From: a bacterium
GTDB lineage: Bacteria; Patescibacteriota; Microgenomatia; JAMCZE01
Reading direction: 5' to 3'
Assembly (NCBI GenBank): GCA_021836035.1
Contig: JAKBJL010000001.1
Span: 287,765-351,764, forward strand
Length of the DNA stretch: 64,000 nucleotides
How positions within the stretch are numbered: the first letter of the stretch is position 1; every line of letters starts with the position of its first letter. The notes under the pieces were generated by a model. The model was not told where the DNA came from. It searched no databases and was given only the letters and a program-made list of their open reading frames with translations. A program made the translations under genes and the position numbers. Shown here piece by piece: positions 10,224-21,077 of the stretch.

Positions 10224-11240
10224 ATGAAAATTCCCCCGAAATATCGTTTAACCCGCAAAATTAGTGCGCTCTTGGCGCAAATTGAAGCCAATAAGGAAGT
10301 GATTGATAATGCTGAGATTCCGCTGGAGGTAGAAGAAAATATCCGCCGGGAATCTCTTTTGGGGAGCGCTCTCTTTAGCGCGCGGATCGAGGGGAATACT
10401 CTTACCCGGGGCGAGGTCAGCAGTTTTAGCGATCTTTCTTCACGGGATAAAAAGAGGAGAGAAATTGCTAATCTTCATCGGGCTATTAGCTTTGTGTTGG
10501 AACGGGCCAACTCTGGGAAGAGCATTGCCTGCAGGGACATTTTGCTCCTGCATCGCATGGCAATGAAAAATATTCTTGCCCGGCAGTTCAGTGGTAAATT
10601 CCGTACGGGACACGAGGGGGTATTCGATAGCCAGGGAAATATTATTTACCATTCGCCCCCGCCGGGCATGATCCGGGACTTGACGGATCAATTGTTAAAA
10701 TTTGCCGGCAGTCGGCGGGAGGAGTTTGTCCCCGTGAGAGCGGTATTAACCCATTTGGTTCTGGAGTATATCCACCCATTTGTAGACGGCAGCGGCAGAG
10801 TGGGCCGCCTATTGCAGCTAGATATTCTTAATCGGGGAGGTTACGGAATGAAAGGCTTAGTGGTGGTGGAAGAGCTGATTGATAAAAACCGGCAGGCTTA
10901 TTATCGGGCGATTGAGAACGGTATTAATCGCGGCGACGCGACGGAGTTTATAGAACTGATGCTTTCCTTTTTAGCGGAGTCGTCGGCAACAGCCCGGAAT
11001 CTGATCCGCGAAAAACAGAAAAATTATTCCCCCCTGGATTTACTGCCGCCGCGCCGGCGGGAAATTGTAGAAATTATTCGGGATCAGAGGATGGTTTCTC
11101 TTGATTTTCTGCACCGCCGCTTCTTAAAAGTCAGCCCGCGGCTTTTAAGTTATGATCTTAAGAAATTACGCGAAGAAGGGTACCTCTCCAAAATCGGCAA
11201 GACCCGCGGCGCTTTATATACTGTAAAATATAGATTGTGA
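10224..11240 (+). CDS. Fic-family protein with inhibitory motif and C-terminal HTH
   Basis: [12 protein letters not shown] catalytic loop; SARIEGN inhibitory motif; C-terminal wHTH-like segment. Confidence 0.88.
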   Translation: MKIPPKYRLTRKISALLAQIEANKEVIDNAEIPLEVEENIRRESLLGSALFSARIEGNTLTRGEVSSFSDLSSRDKKRREIANLHRAISFVLERANSGKSIACRDILLLHRMAMKNILARQFSGKFRTGHEGVFDSQGNIIYHSPPPGMIRDLTDQLLKFAGSRREEFVPVRAVLTHLVLEYIHPFVDGSGRVGRLLQLDILNRGGYGMKGLVVVEELIDKNRQAYYRAIENGINRGDATEFIELMLSFLAESSATARNLIREKQKNYSPLDLLPPRRREIVEIIRDQRMVSLDFLHRRFLKVSPRLLSYDLKKLREEGYLSKIGKTRGALYTVKYRL

Positions 11241-11253
11241 TAAGATTGTAACC

Positions 11254-12540
11254 GTGAACCGAATTTTACGCGTTTTTGCCGATGCCTGGAAAACCCCGGA
11301 GTTACGCCGGCGGATTATTTTTACCGCGGCTATTTTTTTGGTTTTCCGGCTCTTTGCCCATGTTCCCATCCCGGGTGTAGACGCGGCGGCTTTGAAAAAT
11401 TTGTTTGCCCAAAACCAATTTTTAGGATTGTTGGATATTTTCTCCGGGGGGACGCTGGCCAATTTTTCCGTCATGGCTTTAGGTCTTAACCCATATATCA
11501 ACGCGACCATTATTTTGCAGCTTTTGCAGATGGTTTTCCCCAGCCTTGAGGAACTTTCTAAAGAGGGCGAATCAGGGCGGATGAAAATCAACCAATATGC
11601 CCGGATGATAACCGTACCTCTGGCGGCTCTCCAGGCGGTCGGGACTTATGCTCTTTTGCGGAATCAACACATTATCGGCACGGTTAATCCGCTGACCCTG
11701 GCGGCGCTGGTCATTACCCTGACAACCGGAACATTGATTTTAATGTGGCTCGGAGAACTGATTACGGAGTACGGTATCGGTAACGGCATCAGTATGATTA
11801 TTTTCGGCGGGATCGTCGGGCGTTTCCCGGTAATCATCGGGCAGACTATTTCCGTGGTAACCGGTGAACAGATTTTTAACATTGCCGCTTTTTTGGTTGT
11901 CGGCTTTATTGTCATCGCCGGCATTGTCCTGGTTAATGAGGCGACCAGGCAGGTTCCGATCGTTTATGCCCGGAGAGTCCGGGGTAACAAGCTTTACGGC
12001 GGCCAGTCAACATTTTTACCGTTGCGGGTTAACCAGGCCGGAGTGATTCCTATCATTTTCGCCGTTTCCCTGGTTCTTATTCCTTCCCTTTTGGGTCAAT
12101 ATTTGGGGCAGGTACCTAACCCGGCCATCTCCCGGGTAGCCCAAACGCTGGCCAACGCTTTTAATCCCACCGGGTTGGTTTATAACCTGGTTTATTTTGT
12201 TCTGGTCATCGGTTTCACTTATTTCTATACCGCAGTGATTTTTAATCCGGTAAAAATTTCCACGGAAATCCAGAAACACGGTGGTTTTATCCCGGGGATC
12301 AGGCCGGGAACGCCGACAACCAACTATTTAAATTATGTTTTAACCCGGATTACTTTGGCAGGAGCGGTTTTTCTGGGATTAGTAGCCGTTTTACCGTCGT
12401 TTGCCCGGGGCATTACCAATGTCGCAACTTTAACTATCGGTGGCACGGGGATTCTTATCGTGGTCTCGGTTGTTTTAGAAACGGCGAAACAATTTGAAAC
12501 CATGCTGGTAACGCGGAACTACGAAGGCTTCCTAAAATAG
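11254..12540 (+). CDS. secY: Preprotein translocase subunit SecY
   Basis: [41 protein letters not shown]. Confidence 0.98.
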   Translation: MNRILRVFADAWKTPELRRRIIFTAAIFLVFRLFAHVPIPGVDAAALKNLFAQNQFLGLLDIFSGGTLANFSVMALGLNPYINATIILQLLQMVFPSLEELSKEGESGRMKINQYARMITVPLAALQAVGTYALLRNQHIIGTVNPLTLAALVITLTTGTLILMWLGELITEYGIGNGISMIIFGGIVGRFPVIIGQTISVVTGEQIFNIAAFLVVGFIVIAGIVLVNEATRQVPIVYARRVRGNKLYGGQSTFLPLRVNQAGVIPIIFAVSLVLIPSLLGQYLGQVPNPAISRVAQTLANAFNPTGLVYNLVYFVLVIGFTYFYTAVIFNPVKISTEIQKHGGFIPGIRPGTPTTNYLNYVLTRITLAGAVFLGLVAVLPSFARGITNVATLTIGGTGILIVVSVVLETAKQFETMLVTRNYEGFLK

Positions 12541-12580
12541 CAAATTTGCGCGAATCGGTTACACATATACACGAAGATAG

Positions 12581-13141
12581 ATGATTTATATATTTTTCGG
12601 TCCACAAGGTTCGGGTAAATCAACACAAGCCAAGCTGCTTGCCGAAAAACTGGGAATTATCACCATTTCTTCCGGCGAGGTCTCCCGAAAAATTCGGGAG
12701 GAGAATACGGACGAGGGCAGATATGCCAGGGAATTATATGATCAGGGGAAATTATTGCCCGACAATATTCTTTTTGGACGCCTTAAGGAAATCTTTTTAA
12801 GCCCGCAGGCTGCGGGGGGATTTATTTTAGACGGTTATCCACGTAATAAGGGGCAGATATTCCCCTTCGAATTATTTCTCAAAGAGTCAGGGAAACAGGT
12901 GGACAAGGTTGTGGTTATTGATCTGACTGACGAAGAGGGAATTAAAAGGCTGATGTTAAGAGCTAAAATCGAAAACAGGAGCGATGACAATGAGGGTGCT
13001 ATCAAAAAAAGATTGAGCATTTATCATGCGGAAACAGAACCGATCATCGATTACTATGAAAAGCAGGGAAAAGTTATTCATATCGACGGCAGCGGAACAA
13101 TTGAAGAAGTAACCGGACTTATAAGTAAGATTCTTCCATGA
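12581..13141 (+). CDS. adk: Adenylate kinase (short LID)
   Basis: GPQGSGKSTQA, GFILDGYPR, RSDD. Confidence 0.95.
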   Translation: MIYIFFGPQGSGKSTQAKLLAEKLGIITISSGEVSRKIREENTDEGRYARELYDQGKLLPDNILFGRLKEIFLSPQAAGGFILDGYPRNKGQIFPFELFLKESGKQVDKVVVIDLTDEEGIKRLMLRAKIENRSDDNEGAIKKRLSIYHAETEPIIDYYEKQGKVIHIDGSGTIEEVTGLISKILP

Positions 13142-13905
13142 TTCAAATTAAAACTCCCGCAGAAATATCCACGATGGCGGAAGGGGGAAAAATTCTCTCT
13201 GACGTTTTACAAAAAACCCTCCGCAAAGCCGTTCCCGGAATTACTACTGCGGATTTGGATAAATACGCTGAAAACCTGATCCGTGCGGCCGGGGCCAAAC
13301 CCTCATTTAAAATGGAAAAAGGCTACCATTTTGCGACCTGCATGAGCGTTAACGATGTGGTGGTTCACGGACTACCCCGGGAATATAGACTTAAGGAAGG
13401 CGACATTCTGGGAGTGGACGCAGGCGTGTATTACCGGGGGTTTCATACAGACGCAAGCTGGAGCATAGCGATGGGGGCTAGTAAGGAAACGGTAAAATTT
13501 TTAAAGAAGGGCGAGGAAGCGCTGGAGAAAGCGATCGCGCAATGTCGGGTCGGGGGGCATGTGGGAGATATTTCTAAGGCGATTCAGGAAACGGTGGAGG
13601 GGGCGGGATACAGCTGTGTGCGCCAATTGGTAGGACACGGGGTGGGGAGAAAACTGCATGAGGATCCGGAAATACCCTGTTTTGTCCGGGGTAAAATCGA
13701 AAATACTCCCCCGATTAGGGCGGGCATGGTTTTTGCCGTAGAAGTGATTTACAACCGGGGGCAACCGCAGGTGATTTATGCCGGTGATGATGGTTGGACA
13801 ATTGCTACGCGCGATGGCCTTCCCTCAGGGCTGTTTGAACATACCGTGGCGGTTACGGACGCCGGGCCTGTGGTACTTACAGCGCCAGATAGCTCCCCAT
13901 TGTAA
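13138..13905 (+). CDS. map: Methionine aminopeptidase type I
   Basis: SVNDVVVHG, GHGVGRKLHEDP, FEHTVAVT. Confidence 0.96.
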   Translation: MIQIKTPAEISTMAEGGKILSDVLQKTLRKAVPGITTADLDKYAENLIRAAGAKPSFKMEKGYHFATCMSVNDVVVHGLPREYRLKEGDILGVDAGVYYRGFHTDASWSIAMGASKETVKFLKKGEEALEKAIAQCRVGGHVGDISKAIQETVEGAGYSCVRQLVGHGVGRKLHEDPEIPCFVRGKIENTPPIRAGMVFAVEVIYNRGQPQVIYAGDDGWTIATRDGLPSGLFEHTVAVTDAGPVVLTAPDSSPL

Positions 13906-13947
13906 TTTACAGATCTGTTTGTTAGAATATGGGCTAGTTTGTAAGTA

Positions 13948-14166
13948 ATGGCGCATTCGGGAACAACGGAGTTAGACGGCCAGGTGCTGGAAAATCTTCC
14001 CAACGCGATGTTCAAAGTACAACTTTCCGACGGGAGAGTTGTGTTGTGTTATTTATCCGGGAAGATGCGTATGAACCACATCCGGATTCTGCCTGGGGAT
14101 AAAGTAAAAGTGGAGATGACCGCTTACGATGTTGACCGGGGGAGAATTGTCTATCGGACTAGGTAG
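13948..14166 (+). CDS. infA: Translation initiation factor IF-1
   Basis: [10 protein letters not shown]...[17 protein letters not shown]. Confidence 0.97.
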   Translation: MAHSGTTELDGQVLENLPNAMFKVQLSDGRVVLCYLSGKMRMNHIRILPGDKVKVEMTAYDVDRGRIVYRTR

Positions 14167-14174
14167 TTTTGGAA

Positions 14175-14288
14175 ATGAAAGTACAGGCAAGCGTTAAACC
14201 CAGATGTAATAAGTGTAAAGTAACTCGCCGACACGGGCGGGTTTACATCGTGTGCGACAATCCGAAGCATAAGCAACGTCAGGGCTAA
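14175..14288 (+). CDS. rpmJ: 50S ribosomal protein L36 (not in the ORF track)
   Basis: Manual translation [37 protein letters not shown]. Confidence 0.97.
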   Translation: MKVQASVKPRCNKCKVTRRHGRVYIVCDNPKHKQRQG

Positions 14289-14359
14289 AACCGCGCCAAG
14301 GATAAGCGTAAAGCGATCTTTTTCTATACGCTTTCCGCTAAACGTTATACGCTAATAAT

Positions 14360-14788
14360 ATGGCGAGAATTGCCGGAATCGATCTAAATAATGAAAAAAG
14401 AGTAGATATTGCCCTGATTAAATTATACGGGGTGGGACGCTCTAATGTGGTCGGAATTTTATCTGTTGCCGGTGTTGATCCGGTAAAAAGAGTCAAAACC
14501 TTAACGGACGAAGAGGTTAATCGGATTCAAAAAGCGATTGACACGATCAAAGTTGAAGGTGATTTGCGCTCAGAAGTACATGCGAACATTACAACCCTGC
14601 GGCAGATCGGCTCTTACAGGGGGTTAAGACATGCACGGAATTTGCCGGTCCGCGGCCAGCGGACCAGATCTAATGCCCGGACCAAGCGGGGCAAGAGGGT
14701 AACAATCGGTGCGATCAAGAAAAAGATGGCGGAAAAAATGGGGCTTTTAACCAAGGAAGCACCGGCAGAAAATAGTAATAAAAAATAG
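14360..14788 (+). CDS. rpsM: 30S ribosomal protein S13
   Basis: MARIAGIDL, GSYRGLRH, LPVRGQRTRSNARTKRG. Confidence 0.98.
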   Translation: MARIAGIDLNNEKRVDIALIKLYGVGRSNVVGILSVAGVDPVKRVKTLTDEEVNRIQKAIDTIKVEGDLRSEVHANITTLRQIGSYRGLRHARNLPVRGQRTRSNARTKRGKRVTIGAIKKKMAEKMGLLTKEAPAENSNKK

Positions 14789-14806
14789 TAATAAGTAATA
14801 AATAGT

Positions 14807-15202
14807 ATGGCGAAAGACAACCAAAAAGCCGAGAGCAAAGCAAAAACTAATCACCAGGTCAGCGTCGCCCGGGTATATGTTACCGCGACGTTTAACAACA
14901 CCTTAGTCACCGTTACTGACCTCTCCGGTAATACGTTAGCCAGCGGCAGTGCCGGTTCTAACGGTTTTAAGGGAGCCAGAAAGTCTACTCCTTTTGCGGC
15001 GACTACAACGGTAGAAAATGTGGGCCGGAAAGCCTGGGACACGGGTATCCGCGAAGTCGAGGTTTTTATTAAGGGTCCGGGAGCAGGCCGTGACGCCGCC
15101 TTAAGAGCCTTGAAGACCGTCGGGTTTAATATTTCCCTGATTGCCGATGTTACACCAATCCCGCATAACGGACCAAGAGCTAAGAAAAAAAGGAGAGTAT
15201 AA
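14807..15202 (+). CDS. rpsK: 30S ribosomal protein S11
   Basis: FKGARKSTPFAA, DVTPIPHNG. Confidence 0.98.
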   Translation: MAKDNQKAESKAKTNHQVSVARVYVTATFNNTLVTVTDLSGNTLASGSAGSNGFKGARKSTPFAATTTVENVGRKAWDTGIREVEVFIKGPGAGRDAALRALKTVGFNISLIADVTPIPHNGPRAKKKRRV

Positions 15203-15808
15203 ATGGCTAGATATACCGGACCGAAACATCGACTGGCAAGAAGAGAAGGGCGGAATGTATTAGAAAAACAATCCGCTTCCCTTTTACGTCGTCTTAACGT
15301 ACCGCCGGGGATGCACGGCGCCCGGGGCCGCCGGAGGTTTTCCGAGTTCGGAACGCAATTGCGGGAGAAGCAACTGGCCAAAAGAACATACGGCGTGATG
15401 GAAAAACAATTCCAAAAGTATTACCAAACAGCCAAAAAAGTTAAAGGGAAGACCGGTGAGGTTTTATTGCAATCTTTGGAAACCAGATTGGATAATATCG
15501 TTTACCGCCTGGGTTTTGCCCCGACCAGGAGTATGGCCCGCCAATTGGTGTCCCACGGGCATGTTTTAGTTAACGGGCAGGTAGTCAACATCCCCTCCTA
15601 TACTGTCAAATCCGGTCAGGTAATAACCCTCTCGTCCAAGGCAATGAGGATTCCGGTAGTAGCGAAGCTATTAGAAGCTGCGGACCTTAGTATTTTGGAC
15701 TGGTTGGAGAGAAAGGCCGCTGCCGGAAAATTGCGTCAGATCCCGACGCGGGACCAAATACCAGTGGAAATTAACGAGCAATTAATAGTAGAATACTATT
15801 CGCGTTAA
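15203..15808 (+). CDS. rpsD: 30S ribosomal protein S4
   Basis: MARYTGP, LETRLDNIVYRLGFA, LIVEYYSR. Confidence 0.98.
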   Translation: MARYTGPKHRLARREGRNVLEKQSASLLRRLNVPPGMHGARGRRRFSEFGTQLREKQLAKRTYGVMEKQFQKYYQTAKKVKGKTGEVLLQSLETRLDNIVYRLGFAPTRSMARQLVSHGHVLVNGQVVNIPSYTVKSGQVITLSSKAMRIPVVAKLLEAADLSILDWLERKAAAGKLRQIPTRDQIPVEINEQLIVEYYSR

Positions 15809-15869
15809 GAAACACACTGAAAACAGGGTCTATTTGACCTTGGGTTAGTGTGGAAAAAAATAAAATACT

Positions 15870-16790
15870 ATGGTTGACCCAGCTTTTAAGATCAAAACTG
15901 ACCAGGAGGAAAAAAAATTCGGACGCTTTATTCTGGAACCCCTGGAGCGGGGATACGGTCATACAATTGGCAACGCTTTAAGGAGGGTTCTCTTATCTTC
16001 TCTTCCCGGCGCGGCGATTACCAATCTGCGCATTGAGGGAGTTAAACATCAGTTTCAGACTCTGCCGGGTCTTAAGGAGGATATTGTTGAGTTTATCCTC
16101 AATTTAAAAAAGATCCGCCTCAGGATCGCAGGTACGGATAAAACGGAAATCCGGCTGGAGATAACCGGACCGGGCGAAATAACCGCCGGGCAGATTGAAA
16201 CCCCGGCCGAGGTGGAAATAATCAATAAAGACCTGGTTTTGGGCTCTTTAGCCGATAAAAAGTCCCGCCTTTCCGCCGTTATGACGGTGGAAAAGGGCTA
16301 CGGCTATTCTTTAGCTGACGACCGCAAAACCGGCGTAGTGGGCTTGGTGAGCATTGACGCCGCTTTTAGCCCGGTAGTCCGGGTTAATTATGTCGTCGAA
16401 TCCGCCCGTGTCGGCCGGGTTACCAACCTGGATAAACTGATCCTCGAGATCTGGACGGACGGAACAATTTCTCCGTCAGAAGCGATGCGGACAGCCAGCA
16501 AAGTTCTGGTTTCCTATTTCCTGCAAATTTATGAGCCGAAGGCTCAAACCGAAGAGGTAAGTGTCGCCGTGACACCGACCGTTTCGGAGGATGTCCTTAA
16601 AATGCTCGTCGAAGAGCTGGATCTTCCGGTCAGGTTAGAGAATGCTTTAAAGAACGGAGGCATCGAAACGGTCGGTCAGCTTCTGGGAACTAACCGGAAG
16701 GATCTTTTAAAGATTAAGAACTTCGGCGTAAAGTCGTTTGCCGTAGTCGAAGAAAAACTCCGCGAAAAGGGAGTAGCACTGTCGATATGA
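15870..16790 (+). CDS. rpoA: RNA polymerase alpha subunit
   Basis: EPLERGYGHTIGNALRRVLLSSLPG; alpha-CTD NFGVKS. Confidence 0.98.
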   Translation: MVDPAFKIKTDQEEKKFGRFILEPLERGYGHTIGNALRRVLLSSLPGAAITNLRIEGVKHQFQTLPGLKEDIVEFILNLKKIRLRIAGTDKTEIRLEITGPGEITAGQIETPAEVEIINKDLVLGSLADKKSRLSAVMTVEKGYGYSLADDRKTGVVGLVSIDAAFSPVVRVNYVVESARVGRVTNLDKLILEIWTDGTISPSEAMRTASKVLVSYFLQIYEPKAQTEEVSVAVTPTVSEDVLKMLVEELDLPVRLENALKNGGIETVGQLLGTNRKDLLKIKNFGVKSFAVVEEKLREKGVALSI

Positions 16791-17269
16791 GGCACCGGGT
16801 CTTCGGCAACCGTTTATCCCGTCCCGCCAATCAACGGAAGGCTTTAGCAAAAAGTCTTTTGACCTCTCTTTTTACTCATGGCCGGATCAAGACTACTTTA
16901 GCCAAGGCTAAGGCAATAAGCGGGGAGGCGGATAAAGTGGTGAATAATTTGAAAGGGCAAACAATAGCCGAAAGGCGTGAGGTGGCCAAAATTTTCCCGG
17001 ATAATTTAGCCAAAGAGCTTTTCCGGACAGCTAAAGAGCGCTTTTCCGGAAGAGGCAGCGGTTATACGCGGATAATCCGGCTGGGAGAACGGTTCTCAGA
17101 TACGGCCGATCTGGTTTATTTAGAATTCGTGGAAGCCGGTACTCCCGCAGAACAAGTTCAGGTACAGGAACAATTGCAGGGAAAAACAACCACAAAAACA
17201 GAGGCGAAGAAGGAGGCAAAAGCAGCGGGACGCGGGGCAAAGGGCAAAGGAAAGCCTAAGACAAAATAA
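16787..17269 (+). CDS. rplQ: 50S ribosomal protein L17 (Lys-rich tail)
   Basis: MRHR, IKTTLAKAK, GYTRI. Confidence 0.96.
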   Translation: MRHRVFGNRLSRPANQRKALAKSLLTSLFTHGRIKTTLAKAKAISGEADKVVNNLKGQTIAERREVAKIFPDNLAKELFRTAKERFSGRGSGYTRIIRLGERFSDTADLVYLEFVEAGTPAEQVQVQEQLQGKTTTKTEAKKEAKAAGRGAKGKGKPKTK

Positions 17270-17282
17270 GTTATTCGCGGAT

Positions 17283-17651
17283 ATGTTAACTAAATTATCT
17301 GATATTAAACACGACCATCAGGAAATTGACGCTGCCGATCAGATTCTGGGACGATTGGCGACCAGAGCGGCAACGCTCTTAATGGGTAAAAGCAAACCAT
17401 ATTTTACCCGCCATCTTGATTGTGGAGATTTTGTCACTATTATTAACGCGGGTAAAATAAGAGTAACCGGGGAAAAGATAACCAAGAAAATTTATACCCG
17501 CTATAGCGGTTATCCGGGAGGGATTAAAAGAACAAATCTCGGGAAAATGCTGGCTGAAAAACCGGAAGAAGTAATCCGTCATGCCGTAGCCGGTATGTTG
17601 CCGGATAATAAACTAAAAGCTTTATGGCTCAAAAGACTGATAATAAAGTAA
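17283..17651 (+). CDS. rplM: 50S ribosomal protein L13
   Basis: LGRLA, DCGDFV.IINA, YSGYPGG, AVAGMLP. Confidence 0.96.
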   Translation: MLTKLSDIKHDHQEIDAADQILGRLATRAATLLMGKSKPYFTRHLDCGDFVTIINAGKIRVTGEKITKKIYTRYSGYPGGIKRTNLGKMLAEKPEEVIRHAVAGMLPDNKLKALWLKRLIIK

Positions 17652-18082
17652 CTAAAAGGGATTTTTTCTTCGGAGTCGGCCGGCGTAAAGAAGCAACGGC
17701 ACGGGTTCGTTTGTATTCCGGAGATAAAGAAGTGACGGTTAACGGCAAAAAAGTGGAAAAAGGCCAGATTTTTGTCAACAAACTGGAAATTGAAAAATAT
17801 TTTCCCGGCGAGCTGGCTAAAGCCGCCTATGTCGAGCCTTTCCGCACGACTAACACCCTCGGACGTTACAAAACGACCGTTCTGGTTTCCGGTTCCGGGA
17901 AATCCGGTCAGATAGGGGCAGTGGTGCTTGGAGTTGCCCGGGCGCTTTCGGTTGCCGACCCGGAAAAATTTCACCCGATCCTTTCGAAGAAAGGGTTGCT
18001 CCGTCGCGATCCCCGCGCTAAGGAACGTAAAAAACCCGGTCTCATGGGCGCGCGTAAACAAAAATCTTCCCCGAAACGTTAA
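17624..18082 (+). CDS. rpsI: 30S ribosomal protein S9
   Basis: GRRKEATARV, RDPRAKERKKPGL, SPKR. Confidence 0.97.
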   Translation: MAQKTDNKVTKRDFFFGVGRRKEATARVRLYSGDKEVTVNGKKVEKGQIFVNKLEIEKYFPGELAKAAYVEPFRTTNTLGRYKTTVLVSGSGKSGQIGAVVLGVARALSVADPEKFHPILSKKGLLRRDPRAKERKKPGLMGARKQKSSPKR

Positions 18083-18111
18083 CTTCAAAAAAGGCATAAA
18101 ATAAACCCACG

Positions 18112-19146
18112 TGGGGAAACGGGGCGGCTTTATCTGCTGCCGAAAGATATTTGGAATTTATTTTGGGACTCGGTAAACTTCATCCGGAACCTTTTCTGGC
18201 AGATAGTTATTTCGGTCCCGAGGAAATCCGCGAGGGGGTTAGAGAACGAAAAACCATAAACTCTTCCGGAATTAAAGGAAATATTGTGGAAGGGTTTAAG
18301 CCGATTGCCCCCTAATAAATCCTTAAGCGACCTGACTGCCGGTTACCCTCATTCCCAATATCGGTCATTAGGGATTTTCCTGGATCAGGGAAAAGGCGAA
18401 AAAGAGAAAAATACTCCGGCTTATTTTTTGTCGGTTAAGCCCCGGGAATTTTAAAGGTCCCCAAACGGGTTTCCGGGAAAAGAGTGCCTCTGGAAAATGA
18501 AATTCCCGATCCCTGGGGCTGGGATATGGCTCTACTTTTTGTGGGCGGGGAAATGGCGAAGGAAGAACGGATTGCCGCGGGTTTGGTGCGTTATTACCAT
18601 GATGTTATTCCTTACGCGGAAAAGCTAAAGACAAAAGCAGCCAAAACGGGGCCTGAGAGGTGGGGAATTTTTAGCCGTCGCGAAACCGCGACCAATTGGC
18701 ATAATCCGAATTATGTCATCAGGGGTGGTATCGATACCCGCGATAAAGATCACACGGAATTGTCAAACGATTTAGAGCCCTTTTGTGATAAAATGTTAGA
18801 AATAACAGATTAACCTATGGCTGCTGAAGATTTTAAGGTCTTTATTAATTCTTATTTATCCTTGCTTGAGGAGTTGGTTGCGGACGAAAGTAAGCTTGGC
18901 GATGAAATATACTGCGCCCAAATTCGTCTGGCAGAACGGACGTTTAACTTCTTTCTGGACCGCTTCCCGATTGAAGAGATAAGGGGGCAATTCGGCTTGG
19001 AAAGATGGAACGAGATCAAGAGAAAAAGGGACGAAATAGCGGACCAAATAGCAAATATTATAGAATCCGTTCCGGAAAAGCAGAAAAGATACGAATTTTT
19101 TTGTGATCAACTAAAACAACCGCGAATCATCGGGGCGATGTTGTAA
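18112..19146 (+). pseudogene. Fragmented hypothetical gene(s)
   Basis: Protein-like segments in shifting frames (AAERYLEFILGLGKLHPEPFLADSYFGP; TLPELKEILWKG...), then ORFs 18484-18813 and 18817-19146 in one frame separated by a single TAA. Confidence 0.4.
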
Positions 19147-19182
19147 CCACCTCACGAAAAAACGGGCCGGGAGCCCAGGGAA

Positions 19183-20154
19183 TTATTTTTTCTCTAGTCT
19201 TGCCTTCTGAAGTTCTTCTGCTCTTCCGTATCGCCGTAAGTAAGCATTGGCCTTAGGAATGTCGTTCTTGTCCGTATATGTCGCGACGTCAATTCCATGG
19301 TTGGCTTGCCCGGCTAATGGTTTTCCTTGGATGTTTTGTAAACGGTGCAGCCATTCCTACATATAAATAAGAGAAATTTCGCGTTGCAGTTGTAACGGAA
19401 GTGCTTGATTTTGTTTTCGGGTTAAACCGTCCGGTCCGGTGGTGAAATATCTAATTCCCGAGAATTCAATTCTACCCTCCTCTTTATCCCACGAATTTTT
19501 GGCGACGCTATCGGCGAGTAGATCGTACTCTTCCGGCTTTGGCAGTTCATTGATAATGTTCACTCTTGCCGGTGATATACGCCCGCCAACCTTTGCGAGC
19601 TCGCTGGAATTTTTAAAATATTCCATAGTTTCCGCATATCTGCCTTCTTTAATCATCGGTTCGCCTTGAAAAATATATTGTTTGGAATTAGTGATCACTT
19701 TGTTGTCGGACTTTTTGCAATTGCTGTTGTGCCGCTCTCTCTTGCTCTCTTTGTCTCGTAGCGGCGAGAACTTTTTCCCCGCTTTTTTGTAAAGAAGCTT
19801 TCGTTTATCGGAAAGCTGGCTCTTTATCTAAAGTTGATTCCCGTATACCTCTTACATTAGCAGCTGGTTTAGTAATTATGTCTTCAATTGACCCGCCGGC
19901 CCGCAGCCCTTTGGCAATGGCTTGGCTCTCGGGTGAGTCTAATTTAATCACCCGACCGGCTTTAATATCTTGGGCTGTTCTTAAAATCTTTTTTGCTTCT
20001 TGACTCGCCTGAAAGGTAGTAAATTCTGTTTGTAATCTGGCCAACTTTTTTAAACCGGTGATTTTTCTTGAGGTTATATAGCTTTAATCTCCGGCCTTAC
20101 TGGGGGTTGTGCCTCGGGGTGGGGGATAGGCTGTGATGGTGCTGGTATTGACAT
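19183..20154 (-). pseudogene. Degraded gene with a possible zincin-like motif
   Basis: Reading continues past the in-frame stops at 19805 (TAA) and 19357 (TAG): ...IYM*EWLHRLQ...GIDVATY; frameshifts near 20050 and 19695. Confidence 0.5.
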
Positions 20155-20225
20155 AATTATTTCAACTTCTCCGTATTTGTTTATTTTTATTTATCTCCTA
20201 ACAATATCGCAACCTGACCAGCCAT

Positions 20226-20942
20226 CTACCCAATCGCCTGCGCCTTCCTTGCTTTCAGGTAAAATTGTCTTTTCTCTTCGGGAAGTTTTTCCAGAGCGTA
20301 ACGGAGCATAGTGCGGGGCATGTTAGGTGCCTGCTGTTTAAGAAACTTCTCCAGAACTTTCTGGTCTTTCTTTCCGATTTCCCGAAGCATCCAACCGACA
20401 GCTTTATGCATTAAATCCTCTTTATCATTTAATAGTATCTGCGCAATCCGTAATGAATCCGCGAAATCATTATTTTTAATGAAAGTAAAAGTTGCCAAGA
20501 CGGCAATTCTTCGGTCCCATAATAGATTCGATTTCGCTAATTGATCTAGGATTTGGCGGCTTTTGTTTATTAGGAAATCGCCCACAATATTCGGGGCGGA
20601 CATGTCGACAAGATCCCAGTTGTTAATATGCCGGGAATTCTGCAGATAGCATTTATAGATAATCGCTTTGTTTTTAGTATCAGCCTTGCGGTATTTGTTC
20701 TTAAGAATTATTAAAGCGAGGGCCCGATGCTCGTGGATTTTGCTGTGAAGGAGTTCCCGAATTTCCGGGAGTTTCAGTCCGGCATATTTTTTTGTAACCT
20801 CACGGATTTGCGGTAATGTCAGACCGACAAACTGATCACCTTCGCCGTATTCCCCCTTTCCGGTCTTGAAAAATCTTTGTAATGATTTCGCTCTCTGCGG
20901 GTTGGAAAGTTTTTGCAGTTCAGATTGCAGTTGGGCCAACAT
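20226..20942 (-). CDS. DNA alkylation repair protein (AlkD-like HEAT-repeat)
   Basis: FFKTGKGEYGEGD, INNWDLVD, HKAVGWMLREIGK, MPRTMLRYA. Confidence 0.9.
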   Translation of the reverse strand: MLAQLQSELQKLSNPQRAKSLQRFFKTGKGEYGEGDQFVGLTLPQIREVTKKYAGLKLPEIRELLHSKIHEHRALALIILKNKYRKADTKNKAIIYKCYLQNSRHINNWDLVDMSAPNIVGDFLINKSRQILDQLAKSNLLWDRRIAVLATFTFIKNNDFADSLRIAQILLNDKEDLMHKAVGWMLREIGKKDQKVLEKFLKQQAPNMPRTMLRYALEKLPEEKRQFYLKARKAQAIG

Positions 20943-20998
20943 TAAGGTGAGTATAGCGCAACAGAAAGCTTGCTAATATGGTAAAATTAGCTTTGTTC

Positions 20999-21070
20999 CG
21001 GGGTGTAGGTCATCGGTAGACCGCGCGCATGGGGTGCGTGAAGTAGTGGGTTCAATTCCCGCCACCCCGA
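20999..21070 (+). tRNA. tRNA-Pro(GGG)
   Basis: Acceptor CGGGGTG/CACCCCG; anticodon loop ATGGGGT; GGTTCAATTCC T-arm; CCA not encoded. Confidence 0.93.
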
Positions 21071-21077
21071 CTTGTAA

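Noticed and set aside
14614-18097. Long antisense ORFs over ribosomal genes (and similar ones over lon, the kinases and rny)
   Set aside because: Shadow ORFs of conserved genes with no motifs of their own.
18484-20154. Stop-codon reassignment to explain the in-frame stops
   Set aside because: TAA, TAG and TGA all end conserved genes correctly elsewhere, and frameshifts accompany the stops, so decay is the simpler explanation.
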